From contig NC_057719.1 in the NCBI RefSeq assembly GCF_004010195.1, positions 55,283,077-55,331,041 on the forward strand: a stretch of 47,965 bases of DNA, given 5' to 3'. Positions 11,404 through 23,753 of the stretch are shown one piece after another. Every line of letters begins with the position of its first letter. The first letter of the stretch is position 1. Both the position numbers and the translations under genes were made by a program. The DNA comes from Chiloscyllium plagiosum (taxonomy: Eukaryota). The notes beneath the pieces were generated by a model, which saw only the letters and a program-made list of their open reading frames with translations, was not told where the DNA came from and searched no databases.

Positions 11404-13831
11404 CAACATTAAAACCTACCAAAGGATGTAATTCCAAATCTAATATAATCCAGTTTGAGTTTATTTTAAACTTTTCAAGAATATCTAAGGACATTGAGGA
11501 ATATCTAAGAAGAGCAAAGAACAAAATATCTAACTGAATCTAAGAATAAGATATCCATCCATGTTTATAGTAAGGTATTGCCCTCAGCCCTGTGCAGTAA
11601 TATATCTCCTCCAGGTGAAGTATTATCTGAGGGTTTCTAATACTTCTGAAATTTCACAGGATGGTTTTTTTAATATATTATTTTGACTGTTTCTGCTTTG
11701 CAAATGTATGAGTCAACTCTTGTGCAGGTTCCTCCCACTTTCATTATTCCTGAATTATTTGGTGAAGATTCCGGTGTCGATTCATGAGTTTTTCTCTCAT
11801 TAATTATTTTATACTCCTTTCATCTCACCTTTATTCTTTCAATTTTAAAATAATCTTTTGTTAAAGGTTTATCAGGAAAGGTGTTTCTTTTCTCTAATTA
11901 ATGAGTGCTATCTTATCCTAGTTTCTAATTGGTATTCATGTGATAAGAATCTTTGCCATTAGAATCTTTAAATATTTCTTCTGTAATTACAATTTTACTT
12001 GCATGCCTGGTTATCATTGTCATACATCTTTAAAGCCTCCTTTTTAGTGGCCAAACTGTTATTTATAACTTTTTTGGTCCATGCTGAACTTAATTGAGTT
12101 CACTGTGTCCCTTTTTACATGTAGCCTTTTTCCGTCAGCTGCAATGGAACTTTTCAAGGTTATCTATGTGTTTAATATTCGTGTATGTTCTACCTAATTA
12201 GTTCTATCTAATTCTCAATCAGATTGACACTTCAAACCAAATATCTTTACACCATGCACACAATTCATCTCACTTAATTATTTTCCATTCATTTCCTAAG
12301 GACTATAAACCTGCTTAACTTGCTTTAAGTTATCCCAGGAAGTAAATATGACAAAATGCATGAATAGATTGAAACTTAGTTTAGGACACTCATACATAAT
12401 AATCTAAAAACTTTAATTCAACACATGCTGATTCTATTTACGTTTAGAAACAGCCTCAATATTCTTATGTTGACCGATTTTACTGAATAAATACACGAGC
12501 GTAAAATGTTGCATATCATTAGGAGAATGCACCACTGAACAGTTTGTTCAAGCTAAGTACTGCTCTGGAGCAATAGTTCAGTAATCAGCCACTTTGTTTG
12601 GCTTTTGGACAACTGGCAATTTAATTCCGACACACAAAAATGACAGACTGCAAGATACATTAAAAATGCATTTGTTTTATTCAATTATGCAGTGCTAACA
12701 GTGTACATGTTTAATAAGCAGATCTCTGTGTGCTACGAATCTCTCCATACTAGTTCTAGATGTGTCATAAGAGCTCCCCCAGCAATACTGATTATTGGCC
12801 GGCCATCAAAGATGAATTGGAGGAGATATAGAAGACTCTGTTAGTGCGTGTAATAGGGCCTTCAGAGGTATCTTCACTGAAAAGTGGTATCTTCTTCCAC
12901 GTCAAGCAGATTTTAACATTGTGAATATACTTCGCTGCTCCTGGATCACTCCATAAATCTGTCACTATTCAAGTGCATTTTTTAATAATTCCCACTGTCC
13001 TCCATTGTTTATGGGTGTGATGTTTTCCAAGCAAGTTCAAGCCAATCACACTGCATTTCTAAGATGAGAAACCAAAGACTTTGTACTATGTACAAAGAGT
13101 CGGTGTCTTACATGCTGGGTCATCAAGCCAATATTTGTTAACATTGATGAACAGTTTTCAGGCTCAGCTCTTCATGTAATTCAATGACAGCCTGCTGCTC
13201 TCCCAATACATACTACAGGCAGATGTTCTAATTAAAAAAACACGCAGGAGTTCATGCCTGCGATATGCAGCAATCGCAACCACTTTGGCTCTAGGCCCAA
13301 CACCCACAGGGTCTGCTGGAGATTTGTACAGATCTGCATGCTATTGCCCCAATCACTGGTCTTCAGGACTGGAGCATTTGTTCGGAAGAATTAAGGACAG
13401 CTGTTCTTCGTGTGACTGACCAAAGGGTTCAAAGGACACTGTGAAAGAGAGATAGAGAAAGAGAGAGAGAGAGAGAGAGGTTGGAAGCTGGTGGAAAGGT
13501 TAACTCTTTGTGGTCTGATTGAGTGAACACTGGCTTGTCATGGATTGAACGTTTGTGTGTTGTTCCCTGCTGCTCGAGATCTGGGAATGTGATGAATTTA
13601 AGTTGCAATTTGGGAATCTGAGATGATTTTAAAAGAAAAAGCCATTTTGTAGGGCAATGATACTGGGCATGTTGGCTGAATGAAATTACCTCATGTCCTT
13701 ATCCACATAGTTATCTAGTCTCTCGTTATGATGTACTATTAAAAGGGAAGGTTATCTAGACAAAGCGATTGGCCATTTGGGGACTGGCTGGATCAAGGTT
13801 TCTCACTTTGATGTGCATGTAGCTTAATTAG

Positions 13832-15066
13832 GAGAAAGTGAGGACTGCAGATGCTCGAGATCAGAGCTGAAAAATGTGTTGCTGGAAAAGCGCAGCAGGT
13901 CAGGCAGCATCCAAGGAGCAGAAGAATCGACGTTTCGGGCATGAGCCCTTCTTCAGGAATGATTGGACAAGCGTAGGCCATTCAGTCTTTGGAGCCTGCT
14001 CTGCTATTTAATAAGATCACAGCTGATCAAATTTTAGCCTCAACTCTACATTTCTGCATGTTGCCAATAATCCTTCATTCACTTGGTAATAATGAATCTA
14101 TCTACCTCTGCCTTAAAAAATATGTAAAAGTTTCTAAATCTCCTGCCTTTAAAGGAAATGAATTCCAATGAATCATACTCTCTGAGAAAAAAAAGTTTCC
14201 TTCTCTCTGTTTTAAATGGGTCCCCCCTTATTTTTAAATTATGACCTCCAGTATTAAATTTTCTCACAAGAGGAAACATCTTTTCCATATACACTGGGTC
14301 AAGTCTTGTCAAGATCTTATATGTTTCACTGAAGTCCCTTTGACACTTCTAAACACAAGAGGATATAGGCCTAGCCTGTACAGCCTTTCCTCATGAGGCA
14401 ATTAACTCATTCCCGGAATTAGTCTCATAATCATCTCTGACCTGCTGGGCAGCACGGTAGCACAGTGGTTAGCACTGCTGCCTCAGAGTGCTAGAGACTT
14501 GGGTTCAAATCCTGTCTCAGGTGACTGACTGTGTGGAGTTTGCACATTCTCCCCATGTCTGTGTGGGTTTCCTCCCACAGTCCAAAAATGTGCAGGTTAG
14601 GTGAATTGGCCATGCTAAATTGCCNNNNNNNNNNNNCCCCAAGTCCCTCCTCCCTACCTTTTATCTTAGCCTGCTTGGCACACTTTCCTCATTCCTGAAG
14701 AAGGGCTCATGCCCGAAACGTCGATTCTCCTGCTCCTTGGATGCTGCCTGACCTGCTGCGCTTTTCCAGCAACACATTTTCAGCTCACCAGTGGGGTTCT
14801 GTCCTGGTGGCGATTGGAGGGGCGGGGCTGAAGGGCGGAGGAGTGGGAAATGAAGGAGATGTGGTGGAGAGCATCGTCAACCACGTCTGAGGGGAAATTG
14901 CGGTCTTTGAAGAAGGAGGCCATCTGGGTTGTTCGGTCTTGGAATTGCTCCTCCTGGGAGCAGATGCGGTGGAGGCGAAGGAATTGGGAATATGGGATGG
15001 CGTTTTTACAGGGGGCAGGGTGGGAGGAGGTGTAATCTAGGAAGTTGTGGGAGCCGGTCGTTTATA
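13832..15066. mobile_element. Composite insertion in the 5' LTR (Penelope tail, CR1 fragment, HE1 SINE, gap, Penelope tail, Penelope RT fragment) with a 13-bp TSD
   Basis: GTAGCTTAATTAG occurs at 13819-13831 and 15067-15079 but only once in the 3' LTR. Minus strand 14787-15060 encodes SHNFLDYTSSHPAPCKNAIPYSQFLRLHRICS (Penelope RT thumb). Confidence 0.85.
14447..14624 (+). mobile_element. HE1/V-SINE (tRNA-derived), cut by a gap
   Basis: GGGCAGCACGGTAGCACAGTGGTTAGCACTGCTGCCTCA...GGTTCAAATCC...TGTGTGGAGTTTGCACATTCTCCCC: A/B boxes plus V-domain. Confidence 0.85.
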
Positions 15067-15495
15067 GTAGCTTAATTAGTCAAGCATACTCAGACCTGTC
15101 AATGAGTTTCTCTTCCTCTGCAAACTTTTGCCATTTTATTGCTGATTAAGGACATGTGGCGTTTTTGTAATTTTAATACCAAATTCTGTATAAAGACAGC
15201 TTGTTTTCAGCAATAAGGAGAATAGACTGAGACAGCTCTTAGGGTTAGGAGCTGGCGCTACTACTCTGCTAATGGTTTTAGAACCTTAGCTCAAGCCTGG
15301 CTTGTAGATATCTATGTTATCGGGTAACATTGACACCATTGGTAAATAAAGGAAATAATTTAAACTAAACTGGCTGTAAGAGTTTTATATTCCAGACTAC
15401 CACAGAGTATGATCTCTGGGACGAACCAAAAGAGGCTCACAGGTCGTGTCCATCAGGGATCCCCTGAGCCGTCTCAAATAGGTACTTTAACAATA

Positions 15496-15514
15496 TGGTG
15501 CTGCGAACAGGGTC
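15496..15514 (+). promoter_or_regulatory. Primer-binding site, most similar to tRNA-Lys(UUU) type
   Basis: TGGTGCTGCGAACAGGGTC lies 3 nt after the LTR-terminal CA; compare the Lys3 PBS TGGCGCCCGAACAGGGAC. Confidence 0.7.
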
Positions 15515-15777
15515 CAGCAAGAGATACATGTGAGTGAAACTGGAAAAGAGGAGCTTTGTCTGTAGGTGAGACTCAACACCAAAGGGCTCACAAGGTAAGG
15601 GTATACCTTGGTTGCTCTCTGTCTGCATTTTTGTGTGCCGCTTCCCCCATTTCACTCTCACGTGCCCTGATGGAACCCTGAATGAGATTGTTTAAATAGG
15701 CACTAAAAATGGAGATCTTGTGAAGGTAAGAGACAACAATAAGAATTTTGTGAAGGTATACAATAAATAGGATAGAT

Positions 15778-17886
15778 ATGGTTGCGACCCTAGGTAAAAT
15801 ACAGGGCAATGTTCCTTAACAGAGATAGTGAGTATGTATCCGAATTATGAGAAACAATTAAGGGGAATATTGGGTGCAGCTACCCAACAGAGTAAGGACT
15901 GGCCTCTGGAAGGCATACAGGATCTAAATCTACTTACGAAAGTTGAACAAGAGATATGGAAAAAAGGTTGTGGGAATAAAAAGAAAGAGTGGAAGAGTGT
16001 AACTGAAGAAAAATGGTAAAAATCCATGCAGTCATCAAGGAGACAAAATTGTATTAAAAGGGATATCAGTCCATGAACTGAGGAAGAATTCGAATTAGAT
16101 TGGACAGAACTAAAATGCAAATGTGAGGCACATGATTTAGAAACAGAATTCGAGTTGGCGAGAGAAAAATAACAAAAATAAAGTAGGCAGAGAACCACAA
16201 CCTAACCTGAAATTTCAGGGGCCCCAGCGAAAAGGGAAACGGGTAAGTAACAATCAGACTGCTGCTGCAGCTGCGCAGGACGAGACCGACAACAAGGACA
16301 ACTCCTTATACCATCTTTCCCAAAGACCCATGATTGGAGGACAATGATTCTCCTGCAGCCGAGGAATTTGAATCAGACTCGGAGGAGGAGATCTTTTATT
16401 ATGCTCCCCACCCCCCACCCCCTGTTAACCGACCTCTTCTGGTTCCCGAACAGGGGCTGCCTTGAAACCCACTTGTAGTACGACCAAAGTGAGTACGAAA
16501 TGAAAGCACCTGAATCCCCCTTCCTATTCTGAGGATGAATGTGCCAAGGCCCATACCCTTTTTTCCCCATTTGCTTCTCCTGTCCAGTATAATGAGATTT
16601 CGGATGATCAAGGTTACCATAATCCCATTGCCACCCGCACTAGAGATCAACTAAAATTAAGACATGAAAGGAACGGTGAGAAGGGACCTTTGAGTGCCAC
16701 TGCCCCACCACAAATAAATCCTGAAGACATTGATGAATTACAGTCAATGTTTAGGGACCTTAATGTTAGTCCTCGCACTTACCCTGATATGAAATGGCCA
16801 AGGGGAAATTTCCTGAATACCACTTGCCTTGAATCAGGGACAAAATCCATTTGTTTATCTTTATCAAACTTGGAAGCCTCATGAACTCATTAGCATCATC
16901 AATAAGGCTCCAGAGTATGGAAAAAATCCCGAAGGATTCATTAATTATATTAATAGGATGAGGACTATTTACAATGCAGCCTCCCAAGACTCACTTAACC
17001 TCATAGAATGCGCTCTTTCCCCTGAAAAATGGACTAAGTTCTCAGAAATTTTACAATGTAATAATCATACCCAACTCATGATTTTGCATCCAGGTGATCC
17101 GAATAGGTCAGATTGTATTATTACATGCCTCCATCAAGCAGTGCACCATGCAAACGACATGAGTAAGGCCCTCACATGTAACTCTCACTCAAGTGAAGGA
17201 GCTGAGGATTTCCTTGTCTGCTTTAAGGACTGCTATGGTGTTTACTTTGGAGACGCTCAGTACCCACAAGGACAATCACCCCAATTTAATGCCTTATTTA
17301 TGATTGTCCTTCCTGATCATGTACAGAAAGCTACTAAAACCCATAATATGCACTGGCAAGATGCCGATGTTGAACAATTCAGCCGAGAAGTATGTTACTT
17401 CTAGGAACTAAAGTACCCCGACTGCAAGACCTCAACAGTTAAGGTCAAGACCAATTTTGCCCAAACTGCAGGGCTCAACCTAAAACCAGAACACTGAATT
17501 GATCTTCCTACCCATGAGGCCAGCTAGGCTATCGACTGGGATCCTCATACTGTCATCCAATATGGCAAGGCAATAGGACTGATACCATATATCAACAATG
17601 TCCCTATGGACCTTGGGGTCCTCCTATGTACTCTCCCCAACAGTCCATGATGCCCCTTACTCCCTATACATCCTCTTACTATTCCTCTCTGCCTCTTCCA
17701 CCCCCTAGAGCCCCCAAACAACCCAACATTTGCTCAACATTGGTCCAAGACCATTTCCCAAGGCAGCCCCCTGTTGATCACCAAATGGAAGAAGCCAGCA
17801 ATCTTCTGATCCCCCTCCCCAGACATCCCAGCAGGTTGCCCCTTATACTGCATGGAACCATTTCCAAACCTGACTCCCTGACGTAG
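15778..17886 (+). pseudogene. gag: Retroviral gag (MA, proline-rich region, CA, decayed NC)
   Basis: MA-like WPLEG in ORF 15828; CA-like YQTWKPHEL...P...NPEGF...TIYN and MHR-like EGAEDFLVCF in ORF 16829-17404; decayed knuckle C..(C)...DHF.RQ(C)P at ~17730-17775. Many stops and frameshifts. Confidence 0.8.
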
Positions 17887-17904
17887 GTCTTCATCCTCTC
17901 ATGA

Positions 17905-18300
17905 ATCTTCCCGTGGTTAGCCGCTAGCCCTGAGGATGAACCTATGCTCAGCCTTAACATTAATGGTCATGATATTGAATTCATGGTCGATACGGGAGCC
18001 ACTGTGTCATCGCTTCCCGCTAATCTTGTAATTGTCTTTCACTTTCAATCTCAGACGATGTTGAAGCCCTACAAGGTTTTGATGGTTTCTCTAATTGTTA
18101 CACATACACTGTCCCTTTCAGAGTGGTGTGGAAAAAATTGTATCTCACTCTATTTTCGCTTTGTTGTTACTGATAGGTTACATATCCCTCTACTGGATAG
18201 AGATCTCCTCTGTCCTCTACATATTACTATTGAATGTCATGGCAAAGATATCCTAATTCAGGATCCATCTCATTTTGTTCAATGCATCAACATCAAATCA
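17905..18300 (+). pseudogene. pro: Retroviral aspartic protease
   Basis: INGHDIEFMVDTGATVSSL active-site motif and PLLDRDLL (cf. LLGRDLL). Confidence 0.9.
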
Positions 18301-18740
18301 AAGCCCTCTCAGTGGTGGCCTCTTGATTTGGATCCTCGCTGTTTTGATCCTACTTGACATAATATCCCTCACCCCCACATTACTTTTGCTTATGACTCCT
18401 CCGGGTCTGACCACAGCCTTGAACAATACTTTGATCCCTTGCTGGGCACCACTCAACCCACTTGGGTGATTGGTGAGATCACTTCAACTGCAGGTGGTGC
18501 CCTCCTCATGTCAGTTCTTCCTCATGTTTGCAAAGCTAGCCTTCTCATTTTCCCTCATGTCACCACTCATGTGAATTCAGAACACAAAGCAATAGAACTA
18601 GGCTTTGTTGTTAAGATTCCTTTTGAACAGGCTGATCAAACCTCCCATAATATTCAGATGCTTGCGCAGGATTTGATCTTACTTTACGGTCAGCCTTATT
18701 CAATTCATGGCAACCTTCATCATCATCATGCCCACCCCAT
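18301..18740 (+). pseudogene. 2H-phosphoesterase-like domain between protease and RT
   Basis: In the protease frame (one TGA at 18355): PHITFAYD (His 18376) and FPHVTTHV...HKAIELGFVVK (His 18556), i.e. two HxT-hydrophobic motifs. Confidence 0.7.
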
Positions 18741-18753
18741 CCGCAGGACATAA

Positions 18754-21700
18754 CATACCCTGAAGTCTGGCTGGCCTCTAATGCAGAAGTGGGCCTTGCT
18801 AGAATTCCACCCATCTCTATTCCTGTTAAACCTAATTCCACTCTCCCCTCTATACCTCAATACCCCCGAAGCCAGAAGCTGAAGCTGGCGTTCAACCTGT
18901 TATTGACACTTTCTCACAGCAAAGCATTCTAGTTCCATGCTATTCTCCCATCAGTACACCCTTTTTCCAATTCCTAAACCTGAATGGTGACTTGTTCAAG
19001 ATCTTCGTGAAGTAAGTAAAATTGTCGAGTCCCTTCACCCTCTCGTTGTCAATCCTGCTACTATCCTCAGCCAATTCCCAGCTAATGCCAAGACTTTTAC
19101 TATTGTTGCACTCCGTTGCATCCAGGTAGCCAGTACCTTTTTGCTTTCACTTTTAAGGGCCATCAATATACGTGGACATGCCTACCTCATTCGCCCACAC
19201 TTTCTTCAGAGACACTTCACACCCAACTTGAATCACGTGAATTTCCTGGAGGCTCTACCCTAGATCAATATGTCGATGACCTCCTCCTTGCCAGTGTGAT
19301 GAATCTTCCAATCACACTGACTCCATTACCTTACTGAACCATCTTCACCATTGTGGCTATGTTGTACCCTCCAGTAAGGTTAAGACGAATCAGAAAGAAG
19401 TCAAATTCCTAGGTACTTTCATCTCTGAATCTGATCAACGCTTGACACCTGAACATATTGATCCTATTCCTTGTATTGCTCCTCCAACCACTCCCAAACA
19501 GATGAGGTCGTTTCGAGGTCTTGTCAATTATTGCCGACAATGGATTCCCAATTGTGTCCTTCTAACTCAAAAATTATCTCCCTTGTCCTCATCTAATGCC
19601 CCTCAACAGTATGATCTCCCTCCTGAACAATTACAAGCCTTTACGGAACTTAAAACTATCCTTTCTGCATTAAGCCAACCTTTGTATGATCGCCACTTCC
19701 ACCTCTATGTTGCCATCCTTGAAAACTGTGCTACAGCTGTTCTCGCCCAGGAACATGGCTCCTCATGGTGCCCTGTTGCCTACTATTGTACGAAACGTGA
19801 CCCTGTTGCTGAAGGTAGACCTTTACACACCTAAGTTCTCCCATGATATGGGTTGCCTCTAATGTAACTTCACATCAAACCGTGGAAGTCTGTACCTCTA
19901 AACGTACTTTACACCTCACTGTGGCCCATCTTAGTTGCTATGAGATCTCATTGCTTCAGAATCTGCTTCTCGCTTTTAAATACTGCTCGAATGTTAACCC
20001 TGCCTCATTCTTGCAGGAGGAACCTCTTGAATAGCCTAATCCTCCCCATGACTGTGTTGTTATAAATGACCTTGTTTCTAGGTCACGTCCTGATCTTATG
20101 GATCAGGCTCTTGTTAACCCAGATTTTACGCATTTTATTGATGGCTCTTCTTCTATCTCTCCAGAGGGCAAACGCATTTCAGGATATGCGATTGTCACTT
20201 TGTCTCAAACGATAGAAGCTTATTCCACCGATCCACCCTGTTCTGCCCAAAAAGCCGAGCTCTTTGTTCTCACCAGTGCCTGCATACTTGCTGAAGGGAA
20301 GTCAGCTAATGTCTATACTGACTCCCGCTACACCTTTGGATGTACCAATGAGTTTGGTCAACTGTGGCAACAGTGCAGCTTTCTTACCTCATCAGGAACC
20401 CCTATCCTCAATGCTGTCTACGTTGCTAACCTCCTCCGCGCTATTCAACCTCCCTCTCAATTGGCAATTATCAAATGTTCCCCTCACTCCTCTGATGCTT
20501 CTGATGTCGCTAAAGGAAACCATGCTGCTGACGTGGCTGCTAAGAAGGCAGCTTTTGAACAAAGAGGTCACTCAAATGACAGACAGAAAACCAAAGGAAG
20601 ATCTTCCTTTTTCCTCTTCTGTTACCCCGATCCTGCCTGACCTAGCACAAATACAGACCCATCAGGGGGATGCCTCTGATGAGGAAAAGCAAAGATGGAT
20701 GAACCATGGTTATTATGTAAATTGTTATACTGAACTTTGGGTTACGCCGGTAGGACAGACATGTCTGCCCGATACACTTTTGCCTATTCTAGTTGATTAA
20801 GTTCATATGCATATGCATGTAGGTAAGGACAAAATGGTGGACAGAGTACTCCAAACTTGGTGGAATCCCTACCTGCAATGAAAAGCAAAACAAGCAGCTG
20901 CAAATTGCCTAATTTGTCAAAAGCATGATCCTGGGAAATGAGTAAAGTGTCCACTAGGTGAAACTCCCTTGCCAAGTGCACCTTTTGATACTATTCAGTT
21001 AGATTTTGTAGAATTACCTAGATGCCATGTTATAAGTATTGCTTAGTGATTATTGATGTATTTAATAGATGGATTGAAGCTTGTCCCTGTACCAACTGCA
21101 CAGCAAAAGCTACCTGTAAAATTCTACTAAGGGAAATCACACCCAGGTTTGAAATACCAGTAACGGTCTCTTCCGATAATGGTCCCCACTTCGGTGCAGA
21201 GCTGAACAAGGAACTATGTAAGAGTCTAAATATAAATCAGAGATTCTATTGTGCCAAACGTCCCCAAGTGGTGGGATTTTAGAGAGTGCCAATGGTACTT
21301 TAAAAGGCCAGCTAAGCAAGTTGGTAGAGGAAACGGGCCTTGATTGGCTGCAGGTACTCCCAATTGCCCTTTTTGGTATGAGAACCATGACCCAAAAAAA
21401 GATGGGATTCTTGGCTGCTGAACTAGTATATGGAAAGCCACTGAGGACTCTCTGGTCTGCACCATTGATGGCCCACTATCCTGTTAGTGTGCATGTTTAA
21501 TCTGGAGTGTTGGAGGCTGAGGGGTGACGTTACAGGGGTTTATAAATCATGAGGGGCATGGATAGGATAAATAGACAAAGTCACTTCCCTGAGGTAGGCA
21601 AGTCCAGAACTAGATTTCCAGGGTTTAGTTTGAGAGGGAAAAGATATGAAAGAGACCTAAGGGGCAACTTTTTCATGCAGAGGATGGTACGTGTATGGAA

Positions 21701-21896
21701 TGAGCTGCCAGAGGAAAGAGCTCCAACGTTTAAAGACATCAACCTTGGTGACTAGATACTATTGAAAGACTTTAATCGAGAAAGGCAAGGACCTTAACAA
21801 GTTCTTCTGACAACTAAAACTGCAGTAGAAGTAGAAGGACGTTCAACATGGGTCCTCAAAGGACATTGCAACCTTGTATTATACTCACAATCCTAG
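18754..21896 (+). pseudogene. pol: Retroviral pol: RT, RNase H and integrase (decayed)
   Basis: RT: QYLFAFTFKGHQYTWTCLP, QYVDDLLL, FRGLVNYCRQWIP. RNase H: FIDGSS, SAQKAEL, NVYTDSRY, GNHAAD. IN: LVIIDVFNRWIEA, SSDNGPHF, ESANGTLK. C-terminal GP*QVLLTTKTAVEVEGRSTWV ends at TAG 21894-21896. Confidence 0.95.
21500..21716 (+). mobile_element. CR1 fragment interrupting integrase
   Basis: GGAGGCTGAGGGGTGAC...ATGAGGGGCATGGATAGG...GTATGGAATGAGCTGCCAGAGGAA (RVWNELPEE). Confidence 0.9.
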
Positions 21897-22378
21897 TATT
21901 AGTACAAGTGCAATCATCTGATGAAAACCCAACCCAAATATATGCGCGCAGATATAACCTGCCCATCTGTAATATCTCCGACTGGCTAAACCTCCAATGT
22001 GACTGTGTGAATAGAATTTGTGTTTATGCTAATGAATCAAATGGAGAAGTGACTAAGGTGGTACGTACATTTGTTGGTATGAATAATGTCACAGAAATTA
22101 AATTTATCAATCTAAACGATCCTTCAGATGATGCCATGTGTCAAAACAATGAGACCGTTAGATGCCCACCAATGACTTTTCCCCTACACCAACGACCATA
22201 TCAACACCTACCACCATCACTATCATTGACTACCACTCATTACTACCACTCATGACAAGACAACCCCGATGACAACAAAACAGCAGAAATTAACAACACT
22301 CACTCTGCTAACCATTACCCATTTTGCTACCCCATTGCGATTCTAAACACTACCCTTGATACCGTGAGAACACTAACA

Positions 22379-22621
22379 TGTTCCACTTGTCACCCCAATG
22401 CCATTTGCAGAAACAAAATCAACAATTTAGGTGTAGAATGCCAATGTAACCTCGGCTATACTGGCAATGGCAGTGATGCTTCAGGATGCTCCAATGATGA
22501 TGAATGTATTATTTTCCTGACTGCTGCCCCTGAAGATAGGATTTGTCAGCTCCATGAAACTTGTACCAATACAGTTGGAAGCTATGAATGCAGCTGCCCA
22601 GCTAAAATTCATTTAAGCTGT
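22379..22621 (+). other. Tandem EGF-like and calcium-binding EGF-like domains within env
   Basis: CSTCHPNAIC-x10-CQCNLGYTGNG-x5-C (6 Cys), then NDDEC-x12-C-x5-CTNTVGSYECSC-x7-C. The second matches the cbEGF pattern C-x-N-x4-Y-x-C-x-C. Confidence 0.9.
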
Positions 22622-23672
22622 TCACATTGTACATCCGAACATCACGTTTGACATTATTGTCACCCTCACAACACATCTATGCCAGTTGTTATGAGATGGC
22701 ATGACTCCATAACTTTAACCACTCCATTAGCCTAACACTGTTACTTTGAAATGCTTGTCTGTTCCTGTCCTAAAAGGAACCATACGAATTGCAGAATAGT
22801 ACTGAAATCATAGAACCCTAAGGCATCTATTGATCTGAGACTGTCAAGCTATATCTTCTCAACAGAACCATCTCCTATCCAACCGACTGCTACTGGAAGA
22901 AATACCTTTATACCTGCAATCAGTTGCTACTGTAATTAACAAGACACGCTGGAAAGGTAAAGAAAGAGCAAAAATACTATGCACCTCTAATCCCTCTTCT
23001 GTTGCCAATGGATTCTTTATTCAAGTTAAACACCTGATCCATGTGGTGTCTGCTCATTCTTCTATCATTCGGATATAAAATGTATGAATATGCAAACTTA
23101 TGCAAACCCTCACCTGCGATGACAAAACCCATTTGGTAGAAGAAGTGCATCACTGTGTGAAGTGCACTAGTAAACCTAAAGGATTCAATGTTAATGTTGT
23201 TCCACTGTTAGAACGGTGCATTGAAAGAACTCCCGGTACCCACGACATGGGCAAGTGAAGCAAGTATAATGTAAAAATGTTATAAAAGACACTGGTCGTA
23301 CTCCTACTCTCCATCCAGTAATACACTTGGATGAAAAAACTTTTGATAACACCCACTGTTTAAAAGATTCATCCCTCGCTCTGAATGGACTTATCATTCA
23401 CTCACAGAAGTGCGCCCTCGGAATTCTGTTTAGCCTTCATTGGCTATGCAAAAACAAGGCCTACCCATATTTACCCAATGACTGGTATGGATATTGTGCT
23501 TTAGTGCACACCTTACCACTTTTTACCCTCCACCATAAAATACCTAAGGTGGATGACGAATGGAAAGCCCATCAATATGTGAATCGCTATGGGACAACAA
23601 TTAGAGGAAAAATCAAATGAGACTTGCATGACTTCTTCCATCAACAAACCTGTTTGTCTAGGTTAATTGGAG

Positions 23673-23753
23673 TTGAAACTTTATTGCTGGAACAGCACAG
23701 CAGGTCAGGCAGCATCCAGGGAACAGGAGATTCGACGCTTCGGGCACAGGCCC
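23673..23753 (-). mobile_element. 81-bp Penelope tail in env with a 48-bp target duplication
   Basis: 23625-23672 is duplicated at 23754-23801 with 1 mismatch. The insert matches the reverse complement of ~1227-1307. Confidence 0.9.

Larger units (their letters stand above)
13375..15492 (+). repeat. ERV 5' LTR (5' start not resolved; interrupted at 13832-15066)
   Basis: Aligns with 24547-25811 at about 90% identity by eye. Contains a (GA)n tract, TATAAA at 15189-15194 and AATAAA at 15345-15350, and ends GGTACTTTAACA. Confidence 0.9.

Noticed and set aside
22364..22651. EGF ORF as an exon of a host gene
   Set aside because: It lies inside the provirus, in frame with env, and two EGF units are joined with no intron or clear flanking splice sites.
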